From Nemertoderma westbladi (taxonomy: Eukaryota; Animalia; Xenacoelomorpha): DNA of 64,000 nucleotides. The stretch covers positions 38,095 to 102,094 of the forward strand of contig JAUCBJ010008380.1 of the NCBI GenBank assembly GCA_032718475.1. Reading direction: 5' to 3'. Every line of letters begins with the position of its first letter. Within the stretch, counting starts at the first letter, position 1. The notes beneath the pieces are model-generated. The model made no database searches. It had not been told where the DNA came from and saw nothing but the letters and a program-made list of their open reading frames with translations. Positions 61,232-64,000 of the stretch are shown piece after piece. Both the position numbers and the translations under genes were made by a program.

Positions 61232-63965
61232 TAGGGCTCGATCGGAGCTCCGGCCTCCGGCTCCGGCTCCGGCCATTTTGGCACCTCCGGCTCCTGCTCC
61301 GGCTCCGGTAAAAATATTGCTGGAGTTAATTTTTTAATAAAATATTATATTTCATGCATATTCTAATCTGAACAATTATTTACACTATAAGTACTGTAGC
61401 ATGTAGTAGGCCTACAGCTTCAATATCAAGCATCATAACTGAATAATGCAGTATTTACTGAAAGTCAATGACCAGATGACTGACTGACTGTACTGCAGTA
61501 CTGGTACAGGCCAGCTGGCTGACTAGCAGACTATTACAGATAGGCCCTACTGTAAAAAATTGTAAATGCTATGATTGTACACTGTACCACTGCAGCCATT
61601 TACTGCTGTCATGCCAGCATACTGCACTGCAGTACTGGTACACGTACGGTAGGCAGTAGGCTACCTACAGCTGTACAGTACACACCTATCTGCCTATACC
61701 ACAGTTAGACAGTTAGTGAGTTAGGTACTCGTACTGTAGGTAATTTTTAGCCGTCAGCGTCAGGCCGTCTGTCCGTGATAAATTAATTACTTAAATTTTA
61801 AATTGAAAATTCGTAAATCTATAAATAATTATGAAATTAATTAGACCTACAGTACTGCAGTATGATTGATTATGAGTAGGGCTCAACAGAAGCTTCGGCT
61901 TCGGTTCGGTTCGGGCCGAAGTTTGGCAATTTCGGTTCGGTTCGGCTTCTGCAATTGATACTGCAGAAGCCCGGAGCAAACTTTGCTAAATATTCCAAGT
62001 ATTACATTGACTGATTGAGCTAAGACCAGAATACAGTAATACTAATCAATCTGTCCATCGTTGTACTAATTAATTTTGGAGTGTAAACGTTAAGCAGACA
62101 CTGGTGCAGAGCAGACAGTAGTGCAGACAGTGATGCAGACAGTGGTGCAGACACCTGGTGCAGACAGTGGTGCACGCACTGGTGCAGACAGTGGTGCAGA
62201 CAGTGGTGCAACAGTGGTGCAGACACTGGTGCAGACAGTGGTGCAGACATTGGTGCAGACAGTGGTGCAGACACCTGGTGCAGACAGTGGTGCAGACACT
62301 GGTGCAGACAGTGGTGCAGACAGTGTGCAGACAGTGGTGCAGGCAGTGGCACTGGTGCAGACAGTGGTGCAGACCCGGGTGCAGGCAGTGGTGTAGACAC
62401 TGGTGCAGACAGTGGTGCAGAAAGTGGTGCAGACAGTGGTGCAGACAGTGGTGCAGATAGTGGTGCAGACACTGGTGCAGATAGTGGTGCAGACAGTGGT
62501 GCAGACACTGGTGCAGGCAGTGGCAGAGTGGAGCAGACAGTGGTGCAGGCACCTTTTGCAGACTGGTGAAGTCTGCACTTAATTATTTTCGTACACACCT
62601 CTTATAATTATTTGTAATCAGGGCACATTCACCCGCACGCACCTCAACTTGTACTACATACGTCCTCCCTACTTCATGTAGAACCTTTCAGTAGTTACTC
62701 GCATATTTGTAGATAATAAAGTCTATGATAAAATATAATATAATAGTGCCTGGTGGTATTGTGTTTTGTGGTACTCTGGCAATTCAGTGTTTTCACCAGG
62801 TGTCTGCACCACTGTCTGGACCAGTGTCTGCACCACTGTCTGCACCAGTGTCTGCAAGACTGTCTGCACCAGTGTCTGCACCACTGTCTGCACCAATGTC
62901 TGCACCTGTATGGAATCCATCCAAAAAGTGCGCCGGATAGCGCGCCGACCAATTTTTATGCGCGCTGCGCGCCGATGCCATTTCGAAGAAAAACCCTGCG
63001 CCAACTTAATTTTTAAGCGCGCCACGCATTGAAACAATTTTGAAGAGCGGCACGTCAATGCAAATTCAATTTGAGGGACTGTAACCAATCTGTCGATGTC
63101 AGTCAGTCAGTACTGCTGTACCAGTCCCTGCTGCCCTATACAGCTATACATATAGGGCTCGATCGGAGCTCCGGCCTCCGGCTCCGGCTCCGGCCATTTT
63201 GGCACCTCCGGCTCCTGCTCCGGCTCCGGTAAAAATATTGCCGGAGTTAATTTTTTAATAAAGTATTATATTTCGTGCATATTCTAATCTGAACAATTAT
63301 TTACACTAAGTACTGAAGTAAGTACTGTAGTACAGCTTCAATATCAAGCATAATACAGTAATACCGGTACTGCAGTACTGCAGTATTACTTAAAGTCAAT
63401 GACTGACTGACTGTACTGCAGTACTGGTACTGGCCAGCTGGCAGGCTGGCTGACTAGCAGACTATTACAGACAGACAGATAGGCCCTACTGTAAAAAATT
63501 GTAAATGCTATGAATGTACACTGTAGCTGTACCACTGCAGCCATTTACTGCTGTCATGCCATGCCAGCATACTGTACTGCAGTACTGGTACAAGTACGGT
63601 AGGTAGGCTACCTACAGTACACACTACACACCTCTACCACAGTTCAGCAGTTAGTGAGTTAGGTACTGTAGGTAATATTTAGCCGTCAGCGTCAGGCCGT
63701 CTGTCCGTGATAACTTAATTAATTACCTGTACTTAAATTTTAAATTGAAAATTCTTAAATCTATAAATTATGAAATTAATTAGACCTACAGTATGATTGA
63801 TTATGAGCGATTGGCGAACGATAACCATACTTTATTTTTTTTAAATAAATAATTAAATTTTTACAATTTTTGAAAAACTCCGGCTCCTGCTCCGGCTCCG
63901 GCCAAATTGTCCAACTCCGGCTCCTGCTCCGGCTCCGGCCAAATCCCAACTCCGATCGAGCCCTA
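61232..63965. mobile_element. Composite non-autonomous hAT-like element
   Basis: 16-bp TIR TAGGGCTCGATCGGAG / CTCCGATCGAGCCCTA; 8-bp TSD TTTAATAC (61224-61231, 63966-63973); subterminal (CTCCGG)n. A second copy of the left ~650 bp starts at 63153. Confidence 0.88.
62095..62907. repeat. 12-bp repeat (CAGTGGTGCAGA/CACTGGTGCAGA) at ~62095-62550 with an inverted block at ~62795-62907
   Basis: Directly visible on opposite strands around a ~240-bp spacer. Confidence 0.92.
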
Positions 63966-64000
63966 TTTAATACTGTTCTGTCGAACAGTAACAGTTTACA

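Larger units (their letters stand above)
59970..64000. mobile_element. Probable LTR (~1.3 kb without the nested hAT), TGTAAA...TTTACA
   Basis: The LINE frame stops abruptly at TGTAAA (59970) and the window ends in the inverted TTTACA. The right TSD is not visible. Confidence 0.45.

Noticed and set aside
62020-63088. His/Cys-rich or antifreeze-like ORFs (CLHH, CTTV, APLS repeats)
   Set aside because: A 12-bp repeat open in nearly every frame inside a non-autonomous transposon.

Overview
Eukaryotic (animal) genomic DNA, AT-rich and heavily invaded by repeats. Two host genes lie on the + strand. The first is the last coding exon of a UBAP1-like ESCRT-I subunit (1-1503). The second is the first seven coding exons (about 406 codons across 14634-58131) of an outer-arm axonemal dynein heavy chain of the DNAH5/DNAH8 type. 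The dynein introns are inflated by nested elements: a Merlin-like TIR element carrying an RTE LINE; a decayed BEL/Pao LTR element carrying a solo LTR and a second RTE LINE; a Sola1-like DNA transposon; a very young BEL/Pao element with 2.1-kb LTRs inside a Crypton-like hairpin element; CR1-type fragments; a probable LTR carrying a composite hAT-like element; and several minisatellites. An 8.8-kb 27-bp hairpin satellite lies between the genes. The most unusual signals are four. (1) A BEL/Pao element has no tRNA primer-binding site; its 11 nt next to the 5' LTR are perfectly complementary to its own LTR, as in Tf1-type self-priming. (2) The young BEL element's 5' LTR lacks its U5 end and PBS. 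(3) A 16-bp palindrome recurs five times through that element. (4) A 48-bp satellite is built from a dynein exon end plus its splice donor, giving about 60 in-frame AG/GT-bounded pseudo-exons. All alignments were done by eye and homologies are recalled, not searched.
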